From Octopus sinensis (taxonomy: Eukaryota), in assembly GCF_006345805.1 (NCBI RefSeq), contig NC_043010.1:4650001-4714000 (forward strand): a DNA stretch of 64,000 nt, written 5' to 3'. The notes under the pieces were generated by a model. That model saw only the letters and a program-made list of their open reading frames with translations, was not told the DNA's origin and did not search any database. Position 1 is the stretch's first letter, and every line of letters begins with the position of its first letter. Shown in pieces: positions 37,826 through 50,909 of this stretch. The translations under genes and the position numbers were made by a program.

Positions 37826-38542
37826 TTGTATGGAGTTACCTTCTCTTCGATGGGCAGTGAGAGAACTAAATGGTCTGCTGGAGTTTCTGTGAATGATCTA
37901 CCAACCCTTGGCTGAGACCCTGACAGGAGTTTACAGCTCTGGGTCAGAGTAAACCTAGGAACAATAGTGGTTCCAATCTCTTTTAAACCCTGAAGCTCCT
38001 GAACCAGGGCCTCACAACCAGATGTATTTTGGAGTCATATTCACAATGACAATGGTATTTACTCATGACAATTTCCACCATTTGGTTTTTATTGTCTTTT
38101 TTCTTTTGTTATTTTTTTCTCTTGAATAATACTATATTAAGCATGGTTGGTGCAGAGCCACTCCCACTCTCTCATCTTTCAAAACTGTATCAGGCTGAGG
38201 CAACAAGTGCCATGAGCCAGTGCTGGATTAAACACGAAGCAAAATAAGCACATGCTAATAGCATCAAGGGAGGGGAGGCACCACAGAAATGATAAATGGC
38301 TTACAATACAAAAGAAATCATCATAAACTTGCTAAAATAATATTTGAAGTGGTTTATATGAGTGGGAAAATAATTTCAAAGTGTCATAGTGAGAATCTGA
38401 TCAAAGACTTTGCAATTATGAAAAGTAGGAGAAAACTTTTCAAATATAAATAAAGTGGAAATATACAAAAATAAACATTATTTTCCATCTTACTGTTAGT
38501 TTTGTTTCATTTTGAAAAATAATTTATTTTGTGGTCTATCAT

Positions 38543-38909
38543 TTACCCCCGCCTTAGTGAAGGCAGTGGTATTGTTTTCAGTCGTGTTTGTTTGTTTGTC
38601 TGTGGATAAGATATCTCAAGAACCACTGGATGGATTTAAATGAAACTTTCAGGAATGTTTGGCTTCATGACTGGCATAAACTGGTTAGATTTGGGGGATC
38701 AATCCAATACCGTAAAAGGATTCTGGATTATGTTTCCGGTTTTTTTTACTTAATTTTTGAGAGCAGTCAAATTCATTTTTAGTATTCTCGTTTGTGAGAG
38801 CAGTCGAGTTTATTTCAGATATTTCCAGTTTAAAAGTCATCTCTGGCTAATCGTTGAGAGGATGTTGGTGTTGCCTTGGTGGAGGTTTGTGCTCTCTGAG
38901 TGCTCTTGT
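38543..38909 (+). mobile_element. Helentron-associated (HINE/DINE-1-like) element
   Basis: 5' TTACCCCCGCC..GGCAGTGGT hairpin, (GTTT)n, 3' GGTGGAGGT subTIR and CTCTGAGTGCTC end; sibling at 55232. Confidence 0.65.
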
Positions 38910-38924
38910 TTATATTTTGAATTA

Positions 38925-40158
38925 CAGTGTGGGGAAGCAAAACTAGGAAATTTTTGTAAGCCTTATATTTTTATGTAGCATTGGTCTTTTCTTAATTTTT
39001 TATCTTATCTTCATTTTTATCGTATCTTCAGCATCAGGTCTCATACAAACAATTTCATTCGGTTTTCCATGTACAAGTCTAAATATGTCAACTCAAGAAG
39101 TAAAGAGACAATGCATTGCTGGTTTGCTCCACTCAGGAATTAACACCAAGTGAATTTCTGAGTTGGTTAGTGTGTCATTAAGCACAGTTTACATCAAGAA
39201 TTGCTTGAATAACATCAAAGGCATTCAGAGGAAGCAAGGCACTGGAGGAACTAGAAGGCCCTCGTATCTAAAATTTCAAAGGATCCAACCACATCCAAGA
39301 GGAAGCTGGCAATTGACATGAAAGTTGATGCCAAGACTATAAGAAAGTCTGTTAACAGTGATATAGGCCTGCTATCACTTGCACAAACTCTAAGACACTT
39401 CCTGACTGGTTCAATGAAAGCCAGGAGGCTTGAAAGGGCCAAGTGTGGTCCTTCCTCAAGAGGTCTGGATCCACTGATGAGAAAATCTTCACTGTGGATG
39501 TTGCTGCGAACAGACAAGATGATTGGTTTATTGTTGAATTGCCATCTCAAGTCAAGGGCATCTTCAGAGCAAAGCATCCTGCTCATATGATGATTTGGGG
39601 AGTTGTGGCATCAGATGGCAAAAAAATGTCCCTGCACTTCTTCAAATCTGGAGAGAGAATCTGTGCTGATGTCTATTACAAAGTGTTAAGATATCATCCC
39701 TTGGCTTAAGGCTAATTACCTTGAAGATAATTATGTGTGGACTCAGGATGGAGCACCTGCTTATACAGCAAAGAAAGTGCGAATATTTTGCAAGGACAAT
39801 TTTACTGTTTTTCAGCCCTCTGATTTCTGGCCCTCCTGCAACCCAGATTTGAATCTGCTGGACTATTCTATTTGGGGCACTTTAGAGCATTCTACCAACA
39901 GAACATCTCATCTTAGCACTGAACACCTCAAGCAGGTTTTGAAAGAATAATGGGCAAAATTGTTTGAACATTTTATCATAAAGGGCTGTGGAGCTTTCAG
40001 TTGCTGTATCCAATTAGTGATAGAAAATAATGGTGAATCTCTAGTATTGGCTGTAATAACTTATGTATAAATGATTTTGTAACATGTTGACTCTTCCATG
40101 TACAATAAAACATTTTCAAATTCTGTTTGGCTTTTCCAAGATTTGCTTCACCACCCTG
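38925..40158 (+). pseudogene. Full-length decayed Tc1/mariner-superfamily transposon, DD37D (maT-type)
   Basis: TA-flanked 25-bp TIRs (CAGTGTGGGGAAGCAAAACTAGGAA / TTCCAAGATTTGCTTCACCACCCTG, 21/25 match); DEKIF, WGVVASDG, WTQDGAP and PDLNLLD motifs with 37 residues between the 2nd and 3rd D; frameshifts and stops. Confidence 0.85.
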
Positions 40159-40393
40159 TACATGTATATAGAGCACGAACGTCTTTTAAGTACTTAAGGC
40201 CTCAATGAGTCTTAATCCAACCCTGGCTCGAGCCCAGGAGTTATCAGGATGCAGGATTTTTTCATTATCTTCAATGAAATGAAGATTTCTTAGATACTGA
40301 AGTAAGCGCTAACACACTTAATATTCTCATCATAATAACTTGTATATCAAGGCTATATCTGTGTTGAGAGGAGGCAAACATTTTTAAACAATA

Positions 40394-40695
40394 CTAGCAG
40401 TATCGCCCGGCGTTGCTCGGGTTTGTAAGGGAAATAACTATATAAGCATTTTTAGAGAGTTACTTCCCTTATATAATAGCAAAAAAATGCATTAAAAACG
40501 GAAAAAAATGATGGTAAATTTTTTTTTAAATCGTAGACTCATCGTAGACACGCGCTAATACCCAGGAGGGCTCGATATGAATCACAACTATAAGATACCC
40601 GGTTTTGGTTAAACTGCACCGCAAAATGTGGGAGTAGTTAGGAATCTAAATCGTAGGAGACAGACAGCACACAACCTCACTTTTATATATAAAGA
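40394..40695 (-). mobile_element. Non-autonomous Helitron (unduplicated ~300-bp form)
   Basis: A|TC...CCCGAGCAACGCCGGG hairpin...CTAG|T. Confidence 0.85.
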
Positions 40696-41627
40696 TTTAA
40701 CAAAACCTGAACAGAGGCAAGAGGGATAACTCAAAATTAAAAAGTGAAAAAATAATTTCTGAAATGGTTTGACGCACCAGATTGTTTCTAGAGTGAAGAC
40801 TTATCAGCCAAAGGGTCAATAGGCCATACCTTGTCACCTGCATAGCAGAAGACCCCTTAAAATTTAATCACCATAGGTCATCTAGCTGTAAATAGGTACC
40901 ATATGGAGTTGTAATTCTGAGCTAAAACCTCTCCCATCAGCCTGAAAAACACAATGAAGAAACGATTCCACTTTATCCTTTCTTGAATCAATACAAGAAG
41001 GGGAAGATTTCTGTGGTGCCTCCACAACCTTAACATTTATGAAACATTATTTTTGAAAACAAATTGTAAACATACGCAAAAAAGGGCACTTATATGTAGA
41101 AGACACTTGCCCAAGGTGCCACGCAGTGGAACTGAACCCGGAACCATGTGGTTGGTAAACAAGCTACTTACCACACAGCCACTCCTGCGCCTATTACTGT
41201 TAACTTAGAACTGGTTGATTTTATACCCCTTTCATTTTATGTTATAAATATTCATAATCAGGCCACGTATTAAATTTCATTGTGGAATAGATCTAAATCC
41301 TGTACAGTGGCTGATTTATGATACAGTAAAAACACAACATTTATGAAGATAACATAAACTTATTTTAACTCTAAATAAAATGACTGAAGAAGATCTCACA
41401 TAATGGATGCATTTCCTATCATACACTAAACTGACTTTAAACATATGTATTAAATGATTTTAAAATATCACTATTTGGTTTGGCTTCATTTTTACAATTT
41501 ATATGATTTGATGCTTGTACAAATTAACCACTTCCATGGATTACTCTAACAGAATTAATTATATTTGCCTTGAATCGAAAATTCTGGTACTGTGCACTGC
41601 TTCTTAGCATAACATGAAAAATATATT

Positions 41628-41674
<47 letters not shown>

Positions 41675-42003
41675 ATTGGTGGCAGGTAAAAAGCACCATC
41701 CAAACGTGGCCGTTGCCAGTGCCGCCTTGACTAGCTTCCGTGCTGGTGGTACGTAAAAAACACCAACCGATCGTGGCCGATGCCAGCCTCCCTTGGCACC
41801 TGTGCAGGTGGCACGTAAAAAGCACCCACTACTCTCACGGAGTGGTTGGCATTAGGAAAGGCATCCAGCTGTAGAAACATTGCCACATCAGACTGGAGTC
41901 TGCTGCAGCCTCCTGGCTTCCCAGACCCTGGTCGAACCGTCCAACCCATGCTAGCATGGAAAACAGACGTTAAACGATAATAATGATGATGATGATGATG
42001 ATG
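41675..42003 (+). mobile_element. SINE-like family C
   Basis: Internal units plus tail and (GAT)n. Confidence 0.85.
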
Positions 42004-42702
42004 ATATATATATTCTAAGTAATAAGAGAAGCAAATTCTTTAACACATCTTTAAGGATTCGTTACAACTGTTTCTCTACAACAATTCTGTTTGCAATACC
42101 AGTTTACATATTTGAAGGAAAAATTTACATATTTATGGTTTTAGACATTAGAGTGACATTTCATCAGATTTGCATCAAAGATGCACTTATATATAAAAAT
42201 GTGTGTGTGTGCATGTGTGCATGTAAGTGTGCACATATATTATCATCATGTCTGGTGTCTACTTTTCTATGCTTGCATGGTTCAGACAGATGCCCTTCCT
42301 GTCACCAACCCTCACCTGTTTCCAAGTAAGGTAATACCTTCCCCCATGGCCAGATATGTTCTTCACAAAAACTGAAGACAAACAACCTTGCTTGTATTAT
42401 TATTATTATTATTATGATGATGATGATGATGATGATGATGATGCTCATTCACTACCATCACATGATTCTAGACTAAGGTGCAAATTAAGTACATACACAC
42501 ACAGCTCCTCCTTAACAATTCTTGGCTAATCACTCTCATCTACTTGTTGCCCATCTCCCTCCTTCACTTATCTCACAATCCCATCAATCATCTCTCCATC
42601 ATTCCTGTCCCTCCATCACTCTTATCCCTCCATCACTCATCAATCCAGGCAATGGTAGATGGTACAGAGATCTATACACAATAATTTCATTATTACTATT
42701 AC

Positions 42703-42757
<55 letters not shown>

Positions 42758-42799
42758 GTTGTTGTTGTTGTTGTTGTTATTATTATTATTATTATCATT

Positions 42800-43525
42800 A
42801 GCATCTTCTTTCAATTTTGTTTCCATTTCTTGCCAAGTGTCTTCCTGATACCTAGGGCAGAGAAACATACCATATACATTGGTAGGCCATTAAAAAAAAA
42901 CACCCCTGATTGTTCATTTACAGAGTCACATGACAGAGGAAAAGGGGAAAACAGAGAGAAAAAGAAAAAATTAAAAAATAGGAAAGTAAACGGGAGTGGC
43001 TGAGTGGTAAGTAGCTTGCTTACCAACCACATGGTTCCAGGTTCAGTCCCACTGTGTGGCATCTTGGACAAGTATCTTCTACTATAGCCTTGGGCCGACC
43101 AAAGCCTTCCTTTCTTTCCTTTTTTTATCATTCCAAATGCTCCTACACTCACTGGCATCTTGAGATGCCACATCTTTTTGATTTCAATTAACAGATCTTT
43201 ATATTTTCTGTACTTATGAAGTTCTTTTGCCAAGATATTATGGTCACAGGGTATGCTCATGTCAATCAATGATCAGATTTTATTGCTTTGTCTTTCACAA
43301 CAATATCTGGTTTATTTGCCTTGATGGTCCAATCTGTACATACTGGGAAGTCCCAAAGAATAGTTACATTTTCTGGGTGATGGGGCTCTCTGTCGCATTA
43401 TCACTTATAACTCACCTTTCCCATCAGTCATTTATGCTGCTCAGATAATAATGGTTGGTACAGGCTTATTGGCATTAGGTCTACTTTGTCCCTCTGTGAC
43501 CAGACTCATCACTCTAGCTTTCTCA
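42800..43525 (-). pseudogene. 5'-truncated R4/Dong-type non-LTR retrotransposon (RLE domain), with a family A SINE head inserted (~42990-43105)
   Basis: KPDIVV...IDMSIPCDHNILAKELHKYRKYKDLLIEIKKMW; 3' UTR abuts (TAA)n. Confidence 0.8.
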
Positions 43526-43534
43526 CCTATTAGT

Positions 43535-43943
43535 ATACTCTTTTACTCTTTTACTTGTTTCAGTCATTTGACTGCGGCCATGCTGGAGCACCGCCTTTAG
43601 TCGAGCAAATCGACCCCGGAACTTATTCCTTGTAAGCCCAGTACTTATTCTATCGGTCTCTTTTGCCGAACCGCTAAGGGACGGGGACGTAAACACACCA
43701 GCATCGGTTGTCAAGCAATGCTAGAGGGACAAACACAGACACACAAACACATACATATATATATATATATACATATATACGACAGACTTCTTTCAGTTTC
43801 CGTCTACCAAATCCACTCACAAGGCTTTGGTCAGCTCGAGGCTATAGTAGAAGATACTTGCCCAAGGTGCCACGCAGTGGGACTGAACCCGGAACTATGT
43901 GGCTGGTAAGCAAGCTACTTACCACACAGCCACTCCTGCGCCT
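43535..43943 (-). mobile_element. SINE family A, full length
   Basis: Near-consensus copy. Confidence 0.9.
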
Positions 43944-44204
43944 ATATATATATAAGAAAATTGCATTGGACCATCTTCATCACTCTACCTTTCTCACATC
44001 ATTATGCGTATCTAGAAAATACTCCATCAAACTGTTTGCACCCAACATACTCTGACTTCACCCCTTTCTGTTCTGCCACTCACCACTCCCTTTCCCTGCT
44101 GCCAGCAATCATACACCTTTACCTTGGTCCAGTAGTATAGCTAGAGGAGTAAGGTGTAGGGAGGTGACGTCTCAGCCACATTTTTAAGGACATGGAATTT
44201 TTGG

Positions 44205-44575
44205 TTCATCATCATCATCATCATCATCGTTTAACGTCCGCTTTCCATGCTAGCATGGGTTGGACGGTTCAACTGGGGTCTGGGAAGTCAGGAGGCTGCA
44301 CCAGGCCAGTCAGATCTGGCAGTGTTTCTACAGCTGGATGCCCTTCCTAACGCCAACCACTCCATGAGTGTAGTGGGTGCCCTTTAAGCGCCACCGACAC
44401 AGGTGCCAGACGAGGCTGGCGAACGGCCACGCTCGGATGGTGTTTTTTATGTGCCACCGACACAGATGCCAGACGAGGCTGGCGAACAGCCACGCTCGGA
44501 TGGTGTTTTTTATGTGCCACCGACACAGATGCAAGACGAGGCTGGCGAATGGCCACGCTTGGATGGTGTTCTGCT
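44205..44575 (-). mobile_element. SINE-like family C with three ~60-bp tandem units
   Basis: Three near-identical GTGCCACCGACACAGATGCCAGACGAGGCTGGCGAA units. Confidence 0.85.
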
Positions 44576-44821
44576 GTATAATTTTGTATAGGCTTGGTGT
44601 GGCCAGGGTTGAGGTGAAAAGCTCAGGGACTGTCCTGGGTAGCCCACACTCTAACTACTGGCCACTTCTTCCACTGTTCATCCCCATAGGCTTGGGTACA
44701 GTGGGTGCAAGCATACACCCTAATTTCTTTTTCTTCTAACTGTGGTTGGGCAATGAAAACATGTAGAGCACCATGGGTTGGATCTGGGTTCATATCCACT
44801 AAGAACATTTTATTCCTGTAC

Positions 44822-45040
44822 TTTGTTGTAGAGCTGAAAACGAGGCAATTTCTACTCTTCTCCTCTGGAAGCCATCTACTTGCGATACCAGAGGGCGCAC
44901 ACTCTCCTACCCTGATGTAATCTCCAGGGATACAGGCATCCAGCAACAGGACCTCCGTAATGCCATGATGGGCCGTGAAAGTCTGGCGTAGCATGGTAAA
45001 TTCCATTGTCTCGACCACAGTCAAACAATGATGATGATTA
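44822..45040 (+). pseudogene. RTE-clade LINE 3' end
   Basis: CCRAENEAISTLLLWKPSTCDTRGRTLSYPDVISRDTGIQQQDLRNAMM followed by a (GAT)n tail; sibling at 62520. Confidence 0.7.
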
Positions 45041-45394
45041 TCACTCCACCCTAAGTCTTCGCTCGAATTAACGTATCTCTGACATCACACTTTATTCCTT
45101 TCGCCTACCCATACCGGTTTCTCTTTCTCTCTCCCTCTTTTCCTTTCTTTCTATCAGCCTGTCTCTCTCTCCCAGAGGGCTCATTATCCGAAGCAATCAA
45201 GCACGTTGCTTAGTATCCAAGCAAGAACAGTGAAGCCACGAAGGGAGGTAACTGTGTTCTCCCCAGCAACAATTGATGCCGTTTAATTGGCACCAAAACG
45301 AAGTTCTTGAGAGAAAAACACGAATCAACAAAGGGGAAAATAAAGTCGTGTTTCAAATCCTCAGGATTTAAAATCTCATTAATTTCTACTTTGA

Positions 45395-45426
<32 letters not shown>

Positions 45427-46399
45427 TTATGTCAGATTTGCGACGAAATACAAAACAATGTTTCTTTAACTTTTTTATTATTATTATTATTATTATTTTT
45501 GTTTTTATTTTTTTTTTTTTTTTCGTCTTTTATTCAGTTTTGTTCCAGTCGCTATTACAATTCCTATACAAGTTTAAAACTTAGTAGAGCTATTAAACTG
45601 GCTTTTGATCCTCTAACATCAACCTTGTAACCTCTCAGAAACGTTGAGATAACAGACGAATTGATTTTTTTTTTTTTTTTCAAAATAAGTGAACACCACA
45701 CACACACACACATACACACACACATACACACACACATTTATACATACACACGTATTTAAAAACAAATGATCGAAATAAATGTGATAAATAAGCTAAGGGG
45801 TGATATACGCAAAAGATTCTCAATTAATTGAAATTTCCTCTTTAGTTTGTGGAAATACAAATAAAAATATCCAAATATCTGTGTTCTCTACAAAGAAATA
45901 CACACACACGCACACACACACACACACACATACACACACACACACATACACACACACACCACACATACACACACACGCACACACACACATACACACACAC
46001 ATATACACACACACACATACATACACACACACACACATATACATACGCACACACACACACACATAGGTGCGTGCACACATAGACATATTCAGGAACGTTG
46101 AGGCACACACACACGTTCACACGCATACATACATGTCCTCACATTCATCCACCTATGCAAATATACTCGTGTGTTCACGCATCGTAAAACACAAGCAAAT
46201 AAACACGACCGAAGAACAAAACTAATACTGAAATATAAATATAAATTCAGCTTCACCGCCAACCCCAGATACAAACATCATACACACACACACACACACA
46301 TGCACGCATGCACACACACACACACACATATACATTCTTCACAACATCTGAACGCACACACGCGCGCGCATACACCCGTTTTTTATCTTTTATCTCTCT

Positions 46400-47012
46400 C
46401 TTTACTCTTTTACTTGTTTCAGTCATTTGACTGCGGCCATGCTAGAGCACTGCCTTTAGTCGAGCAAATCGACCCCGAGACTTATTCTTTCGTAAGCCCA
46501 GTACTTATTCTATCGGTCTCGTTTGCCGAACCGCTAAGTGACAGGGACATAAACACACCAGCATCGGTTGTCAAGCAATGCTAGAGGGACAAACACAGAT
46601 ACACAAACATATACACACACATACATATATATATATACATATATACGACAGGCTTCTTTCAGTTTCCGTCTACCAAATCCACTCGCAAGGCTTTGGTCGG
46701 CCCGAGGACCCAAGGTGCCATGCAGTGGGACTGAACCCGGAACCATGTGGTTGGTAAACAAGCTACTTACCATACAGCCACTCTGTTTCTTTATTACCCA
46801 CAAGGGGCTAAACACAGAGGGGACAAACAAGGACAGACAAACGGATTGAGTCGATTACATCGACCCCAGTGTGTAACTGGTACTTAATTTATCGACACCG
46901 AAAGGATGAAAGGCAAAGTCGACCTCGGCGGAATTTGAACTCAGAACGTAACGGCAGACGAAATACGGCTACACATTTGGCCTGGCGTGCTAACGGTTCT
47001 GCCAGCTCGCCA
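46400..47012 (-). mobile_element. SINE family A copy (46400-46782) abutted by a family B copy (46783-47012)
   Basis: Both align to young family members. Confidence 0.85.
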
Positions 47013-48285
47013 CCTTCCATATCTTTTATCCTTTGTTTCAATCATTGGACTCTGGTCATGTTGGAGCACTGCTTTGAATCGACTCCAGTACTTATTTGTA
47101 CCAAAGTCCTGTACTTATTCTATCAACATTCTTTTACTGAACCGCTAAGTTGCAGAGACATAAACAAACTAACACCTGTTGTCAGGTGGTGTTGGGAGAC
47201 AAAATACACAGAAACACACACACACACACACACACAATTGCTTACACATAGTCTCAGTCTAACAAATTCTCTCACAAGGCATTGGTCAACCCTGTGTGCT
47301 ATACTCTTTTACTTGTTTCAGTCATTTGACTGCGGCCATGCTGGAGCACCGCCTTTAGTCGAGCAACTTTATTCTTTGTAAACCTAGTACTTATTCCATC
47401 GGTCCCTTTTGCCGAACCGCTAGGTTACGGGGACGTAAACACACCAGCATCGGTTGTCAAGCGATATTGGGGGGACAAACAAAGACACACAAACATATAC
47501 ACACACATACATATATATATATATATACATATATACGATGAGCTTCCTTCAGTTTCCGTCTACCAAATCCACTCACAAGGCTTTGGGTGGTCCAAGGCTA
47601 TAGTAGAAGATACTTGCCCAATGTGCCACGCAGTGGGAATGTACCCGGAATGATGTGGTTGGCAAGCAAGCTACTAACCACACAGCCACTCCTACTATAG
47701 TAGAAAACACTTCATAGAAGGACTGAACCCAAAACCAGGTGGTTCCAGAAGAAGCTTCTTTGCCACACTGATGTTTCTTTTACCTGTTTCCAGTTTCAGT
47801 CACTGAACTGTGACCATGCTGTAGCACCACCTTGAAGGGTTTTACTTAACAAATCGGTCCCCCTTATTGGCTCTAATTTCAATAGGAAATCTTGTAGGAA
47901 TTACTTTAAAAAAAAAATGATTTAATTGCACTGCTAACACAGATAGGACTTATATGCCCTTAATATACTTGGTAGTATATTGTTGCATAACGAAATACAG
48001 TACTCCTATCAACAATTAATTTGTATGTACCAGTTTAGGCAGTGAGCTGGCAAAATTGTTAATAGCCTTTTGGGGTTAATAAAATAAGTATCAGTTGAGT
48101 ACTGGGATCAATGTAATCAACTTAATCCCAACCCCAAAATTGCTGGCCTTGTGCCAAAAATTTGTAATCAATATGTACCAGTTGTCAGCAATGTGATTGA
48201 TATATAAAAGTGCTGTATCAAATTGTGTTACACTGCTATATTTAGTGGCTATTTAAGCAATGTGTTTGAGGCAGGTTAATAAGTT

Positions 48286-48341
48286 AGATGTGGTGCTGAT
48301 GAAAGAGCAAGAACTCCCGAAATATGTATATACACCTATTT
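48286..48341 (+). ncRNA. Type I hammerhead ribozyme fold, unit 1
   Basis: GGTG-CTGATGA-AA-GAG(caagaa)CTC-CC-GAAA-TATgtATA-T-A-CACC; stem I GGTG/CACC; stem II base mismatched. Confidence 0.6.
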
Positions 48342-48681
48342 CCTATTTTCCTATCTTTGATCACATTGTTTACATAGATGTAGTCATATATGCAATGTCA
48401 TAACTTTAAAAACATCATTACTTTAAAAACTTCATAACTTTAAAAAAAGTTATTTAATTGCACTGCTAGCACATGTAAGTTGTAGTATTGACCTATAAGC
48501 CTTTCATATACTTAATAGTATGTTATGGTTACATAATGAAACATGTGTCCCAACCAGTAATTAATAGGTATGTACCAGTTGCCAAGAATGTGTTTAATAT
48601 GGAAAATTGGTATCTAATCGTGTTACATTGCTAAGTTTAGTGGCAATTTAAGCAATGTGTTTGTGGATTGTTAATGGGTTG

Positions 48682-48734
48682 GATGTGGCACTGAAGAAGG
48701 AGCAGAATTCCTGAAATACGCATATATACCCATT
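48682..48734 (+). ncRNA. Type I hammerhead ribozyme fold, unit 2
   Basis: GGCA-CTGAAGA-A-GGAG(cagaa)TTCC-T-GAAA-TAcgcaTA-T-A-TACC; one stem I mismatch, extra T before GAAA. Confidence 0.55.
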
Positions 48735-48794
48735 TCCTATATTATTATATTCGATCACTTTGTTTATATAGACATTGTTGTTTATGAGTCATGT

Positions 48795-49195
48795 ACATCA
48801 ATATCAAAATAAATATCAAATGGAAATTGTAGTTACGATACCTGTGCCGGTGGAACGTAAAAAGTACCATCCGAACGTGACTGATGCCAGCGTCGCCTTA
48901 ACTGGCTTCTGTGCCAGTGACACATGACCTGCTGTGCTTGAGGAGACCTATTGAGTCAAGCACATCAACATCAAAATAAATATCAAATGGAAATTGTAGT
49001 TGTGATACCTGTGCCAGTGGTACGTAAAAAGCACCCACTACACTCTCGGAGTGGTTGGCGTTAGGAAGGGCATCCTACTGTAGAAACACTACCAGATCAG
49101 ACTGGAGCCTGGTGCAGCCCTGGCTTCCCAGACCCAGGTCGAACCGTCCAACCCATGCTAGCATGGAAAGCAGATGCTAAATGATGATAATGAAG
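48795..49195 (+). mobile_element. SINE-like family C with duplicated internal block
   Basis: CATCAA.ATCAAAATAAATATCAAATGGAAATTGTAG block occurs twice before the tail. Confidence 0.8.
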
Positions 49196-50909
49196 CATCA
49201 CAACTTTAAAACTATCATAACTTTAAAAAAACAGATAGGATGCAGTATTATCCTATAAGAGTTTTGGAGAGCTCACTCAAACAATAGAACAGGCAGTCAA
49301 ATCTCCCTCAAACTTCATCCTATAATATTGGCTTCAAATTTTAGGCTCTAGGTCAGCAATCTTGTGTGAGTGGGTAAGGTGATTTGATCAACCCCAGTGC
49401 TCATCTGGTATTTATTTTATGGATTCTGAAAGGGTGAAAGACGAAATCAACCAAGGCAGCATTTAAAACTTTGTTCTATATCTGTTTCAAATTTTAGCAC
49501 ATGGCCAGCAATTTTAGGGTGGGGGTGGCGAGTGTGTTGATCACTACGATCTGAGGGTTCAAATGGTACTTATTTCATCGATTCCAAAAGGATAAAAGAC
49601 AAAGTTGGCCTCAGCGGAATTCGAACTCACAATGTGAAGATGGCTGTGAAGATAGAGTAGAAAAGGATATTACTGCAAGATATTTGGCTAGTATTCAGAG
49701 CAGTCTCCTGATCTGAGATAGCCTGCTCCTAGTTACTAAACCTACATGGTTTTGAATCTAAGACTCAGTACACATGTAATATAACCTTATCTTCACTTAT
49801 AGGACTTGGGGTGATTTTCTGATACATGTTTTTGGGAAAAAAGTGTATCTTATTTACCATTAACTATGGTATAGATTATTTTTATATCATTATCACTATT
49901 CCTTCTTCTTCTATCTCTCCCCAAAATTAGTACTTTGCTACTAAAATCAATATGAATGAGACTGGAAGAATTTTGATGTTCATGTAGTTTTCTAAGTATA
50001 CCTGGTGTTATCATCATCATCATCGTCATCATCACTAATTAATGTCCGTTTTCCATGCTATCATGGGTTAGATGGTTTGACTGAGAACTGGTAAGCTGGG
50101 GGTCTGCACCAGGTTCTGTTCTAATTTGGCATGGTTTCTGTAGCTGGATGCCCTTCCTAATACCAATCACTCCAAAAGTGTAGAGGGTACTTTTTACATG
50201 CCACAGGCATGGGTACCATTTACACAACATCAGCACCGGCCACAACTATGGTCTTACTTGGCTTGACATGTCTTTTCAAGCATGGAATAATGCAAAAGGT
50301 CTTGGTCACTGGTCTAGCATGGTATAATGCCAAAAGTCTTGGTCACTTAAGTTAGTTAATGTTTATCTATTTCTAGTATAGACAAACACACTATCAAAAT
50401 ATTTTGAAGGATATCAATTATATCCTCTGCACTCCAAATACTTGATTGACACTTCATTTTATCAACCCTGGAAGAATGGAAAGCAAAGGTGACCAAAATA
50501 GGATTTAACTATAGAGTGTTAAGGCCACAACTGAATACTAATTGTAATAAAGTATTTTTTTCAACAACCTAAAGATTCCACCTTTTACATTTTAATAAAT
50601 ACCAAAGTAACATAAAAAATCATTAAATAGTTAATCTGACATGGGGACAAAAAAGAAAAAAAAAACTGATTGAATTTCAATGATTGGTTTTACAGAAATG
50701 GATTGATTTATTGATGAAGTTAGCTCAGCTTCTGCGTTGACTGGGCAGTTCACATTGTGTACTGGTAATATATACCAGGACCCTCAATTAGGTGTCATGA
50801 AGACACCTAAGACAAAAAGGGTGTCATCAAGACAAAAGGGTGTCATCAAGAATATTTACTTAGAGGTTTGTCATTATCATCATTATTCTCGTCATCACTG
50901 CAACTGCTA

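Larger units (their letters stand above)
47900..49260 (+). repeat. Diverged tandem repeat, ~395-bp unit, two full units and a partial third; one hammerhead per full unit
   Basis: Units start ACTTTAAAAAAA..TTTAATTGCACTGCTA; alignable blocks ATGTACCAGTTG, GTGTTACA, TTTAAGCAATGTGTTTG, GATCAC.TTGTTTA; interrupted by a family B SINE (12-bp TSD TATGTACCAGTT at 48024-48035 / 48172-48183) and a family C SINE (48795-49195). Confidence 0.75.
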
